Positions 61,240 to 64,000 of a stretch of DNA of 64,000 nucleotides are shown here, piece by piece. Within the stretch, counting starts at the first letter, position 1, and each line of letters starts with the position of its first letter. The notes under the pieces were generated by a model. That model did no database searches, was not told the origin of the DNA, and worked only from the letters and a program-made list of their open reading frames with translations. The DNA is from Anthoceros angustus. Taxonomy: Eukaryota; Plantae; Anthocerotophyta. The stretch covers positions 930,001-994,000 of the forward strand of contig MU008173.1 in assembly GCA_010909165.1 (NCBI GenBank), written 5' to 3'. Position numbers and translations under genes: made by a program.

Positions 61240-61830
61240 CTACCCCGAGGCGAAAGGGGACAACCCACGATGGGGCACCAGGCCGTAACCCTAATCTACC
61301 CTGTAACCCCCAACCACCCCCAACATGTCGCCGTCCGAGATAGGGAAGGGCCTACTTACCACTGATGCCGCCAATGCCGCGTCTCCAGCAATCGTGATCG
61401 TCCTAAAGATGGCACTGGCCAACGCCCTTTGCAAGGCGATGAAAACCCGTTGCCTGAAATAAGCCACGACACTGGAAAAGGGGAGGCCAACCCCGCCCCT
61501 GTCGTTGTGGTAGGCCCTTGCGCACTCCTTGATGAAACGAGAAAAAACCTTACCCAAGGCCTCACGGGTTTCAATGGCAAGGAGGATGAAAATGTGACCT
61601 TGATGCATGGGCCTATACATGTAAATTTTCTTAGTTGCGCTCCCTTCCGCCGCCCAACTTGGAGGGTTGATGATGCCATGGTCGCTAACAGAATCTCTGG
61701 TTGGGTCAGAGACAACCACGTTCGCAACCGAGACCTCGTCTCCCCGCATCAAGAAAAGGTCAGCTCCGGTAGAGACCTACCTTGGAGATGGTAATCCAGG
61801 CCTACCTAGCTAATCGTGATGCGGGCCGGG
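61240..61830 (-). mobile_element. 3' part of a CRE-like LINE (restriction-like endonuclease domain)
   Basis: ORF 61291..61752: VANVVVSDPT...AAEGSATKKIYMY...FILLAIETREALG...FRQRVFIALQRALA. Confidence 0.75.
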
Positions 61831-62309
61831 ATCTCAATGAGGGGCTCCTTAATTGTAGAAAAACTCAAGAAGCTTGCAGCAACTGTGAATGGTGCTCACG
61901 GGTTGTTGTTTATCCCCTCGTTGTTAATGTTTTATGCACCTCCGAATATAGAGAATCTTCCGCTAAAAAAACGGTGCTCTTCTTTTTCTTTTCCACCGAT
62001 CTCTTTTTTTTTCCTTCCCGTCGCAGCGGTAGTGGTCGTAGGTGGGGGCTCCCAGCTTGCAGCGCCTCCTCATCGTCCGACTACCTGCATCTGGTGGAGG
62101 AGCGAGAGAAGACGGTGTCCCCGGTGCCCCAGCCCCCGGAGTAACGGCCACTGATCCTAACGGAGCGGAACACCTCGCCGTCCAACGGCACGGAGGCGGC
62201 CATCCCCGCCTGCAACCTGTTCTTAGCAGCAGCACCTGGCCGCCTTGGTTGCGCAATGCCGAGCTGGTCCAGGCAGGTTTGGATCTGGGAAGGCAGAGCT
62301 GCCTGCACA

Positions 62310-63280
62310 GAAGGAACTGGAAGATGCACGCCAGGTTTTCGACAGCTTGTCCACAAAGAATGTGGTGACTTTGGCCGCCCTGATATCTGGGTATGGTGCT
62401 TGTGTAAGGCACTAGCTTGTTTTAAGTAGATGTTTGTTGCCGGAATTCAGCTTAAAGATGCAACTTTTACGTGCCTTCTAGTCATACAGTCATGAGGGAC
62501 TGGTGGATGAGGGTTGCAAGGACTTTGATTCCATGGCTGGATAACGCTCTGGTGGAGAAATCTCTGGTGGACATATGGCCAGTATTTTGACAGCACGAAC
62601 ACAAAGAGATGTGGTGACATGGAACGTCCTGATATCTGGCTATGGTGCTAACGATGATGGTCACACAACCCTGGCTTGTTTGCTGGAGATGTTAGTTGCC
62701 GATGTTCAGCCCGATGGTGCTACTTTTCTTGCATTCTAGCAGCATGTAGTCATGAGGGACTGGTTGGAAGTTGTCCGTTTATCAGATTCGAGATGCCAGA
62801 CTTCCAGATGCTGCACAAAGGAAGGCGGGGTGCATCAGAGCGGAGGCATTCTGGATTACGTAGTGGTCACCTGCCTGGTGGACTCGTATGCAAGATGTGG
62901 TGAATTGGAAGATGCGCGCTAGGTTTTTGACAGCTGGAACACAAAGGACGTGTGACATTGAATGCCTTGATCGCTGGGAATGGACCGCAAGGGCTCGGAC
63001 ATAAGGCGCTTGTCGTGTATGGTCAAATGGAGCAGGAGGGTGCTGATTTTAGCTGTCGCGGTACCATTGCTTGCCTTATGAAGGCCCGTGCAAACACTGG
63101 TGCCTTGCATAAAGGCAGACAACTGCACTCAGCAGATTCTTGAAGGACGCTGGTTGATGTAGTGGTGGACACCTGCCTGGTGGACATGAATGCCAATGTA
63201 CTAATCTGGAAGATGCACTCCAGAACAACATGAACACAAGGAATGTGGTGGCATGGACCGCCCTGCTATCTGGGTATAGG
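62310..63280 (+). pseudogene. Highly degenerate PLS-PPR relic of the same family
   Basis: Several gatgcacgccaggtttttgacagc...gtggtgacatgg motifs, GLGHKALVVYGQMEQEG, ACSHEGLV; many stops and frameshifts. Confidence 0.8.
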
Positions 63281-63528
63281 AGGGCAGCGAGCAACAAAAA
63301 GAAAAGAAAGTGATAACCGCGAATGTCCCTTTCGGAGCATAGGAGGGGGAGGGCAGACTTTCGATTCTTAACACCTAAGACAAAAAAATGATCCGCGATT
63401 CGATCTCAGCAGCATTTTCTCAACCAAGAGTTCGGCACCACCCTGTCCAAGCTGTATGAAGACACTAAGCACCCGCCATTACTAGTAGCATCCCATCTAA
63501 GTGATGATGATACATCTGGCCAGGAACC

Positions 63529-63994
63529 CTAAGCCTTCACTGCATACTTGCGGAGAGGGAAGTATGCTTCCCTCTTCTTCTGTCGTTCCGTCTTGGCAGC
63601 AGCCTGGCCGCAAGCATAACATGCATGAGAACAAGCAGATCATTTGCAGCGACCGCGCGGATGCAATCACAAACGAGAAACCAAAAAAAACACAAACCTG
63701 GTGCTTTGTAAGCCGTCGCCTGATGGCCCGAGTCTTCTTGGGCCTCAGGTCCAGCGGTAGGCGCTTGCTCTTGGCGTAGGCGGCCCGCAGGGCTGCCTTC
63801 TGAGTCTGAGAAATGACGGTGAGCACTTGCGCAATGGACAAACGCACCACCTTGATCTTGCTGAGCTTGTTCGGGGCACCGCCTGTGACCTTGGCGACGC
63901 GCAACAGTGCAAGCTCGGCCTTGAGCTCCTTCAGCTGGTTCAGCAGCTCCGCCTTGCTCTTGCCCCGCAGCTCGTGGACCTTGATCTTGGCCAT
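63529..63994 (-). CDS. RPL35: 60S ribosomal protein L35 (uL29), exons 63994-63698 and 63603-63529; 123 aa
   Basis: [14 protein letters not shown]...[45 protein letters not shown]; GT-AG intron. Confidence 0.97.
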
Positions 63995-64000
63995 CGCGTC

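Overview
Eukaryotic nuclear DNA from a non-seed land plant, most likely a hornwort (inferred from PLS-class PPR genes ending in a DYW:KP-type domain with HAEKLA and a C-terminal GRP, and from compact genes with ~80-200 bp GT-AG introns). The left 35 kb is a birth-and-death cluster of a co-duplicated unit (PPR-DYW:KP gene, degenerate PPR, germin-like gene). It holds one intact 886-aa editing factor (29510-32170), two intact germins, several pseudogenes and RPS29. The intact factor and two paralogues carry an N-terminal PDF motif of the kind found in OSB/PTAC9 organellar ssDNA-binding proteins. The cluster is interrupted by a decayed Ty3/Gypsy retrotransposon with the order gag - protease - C5 cytosine DNA methyltransferase - integrase; the methyltransferase is split by a ~2.3 kb insertion and was reassembled by hand translation. 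The right half carries two MEP-pathway genes head to head (DXS on minus, HDS/ispG on plus), an endosulfine/ARPP19 gene, a hAT-type MITE, CRE-like LINE fragments, a PPR relic and RPL35. At least ten 48-bp cassettes derived from the 5S rRNA internal promoter are scattered through the repeats. Several near-identical tandem duplications with scattered indels may be long-read assembly artefacts.
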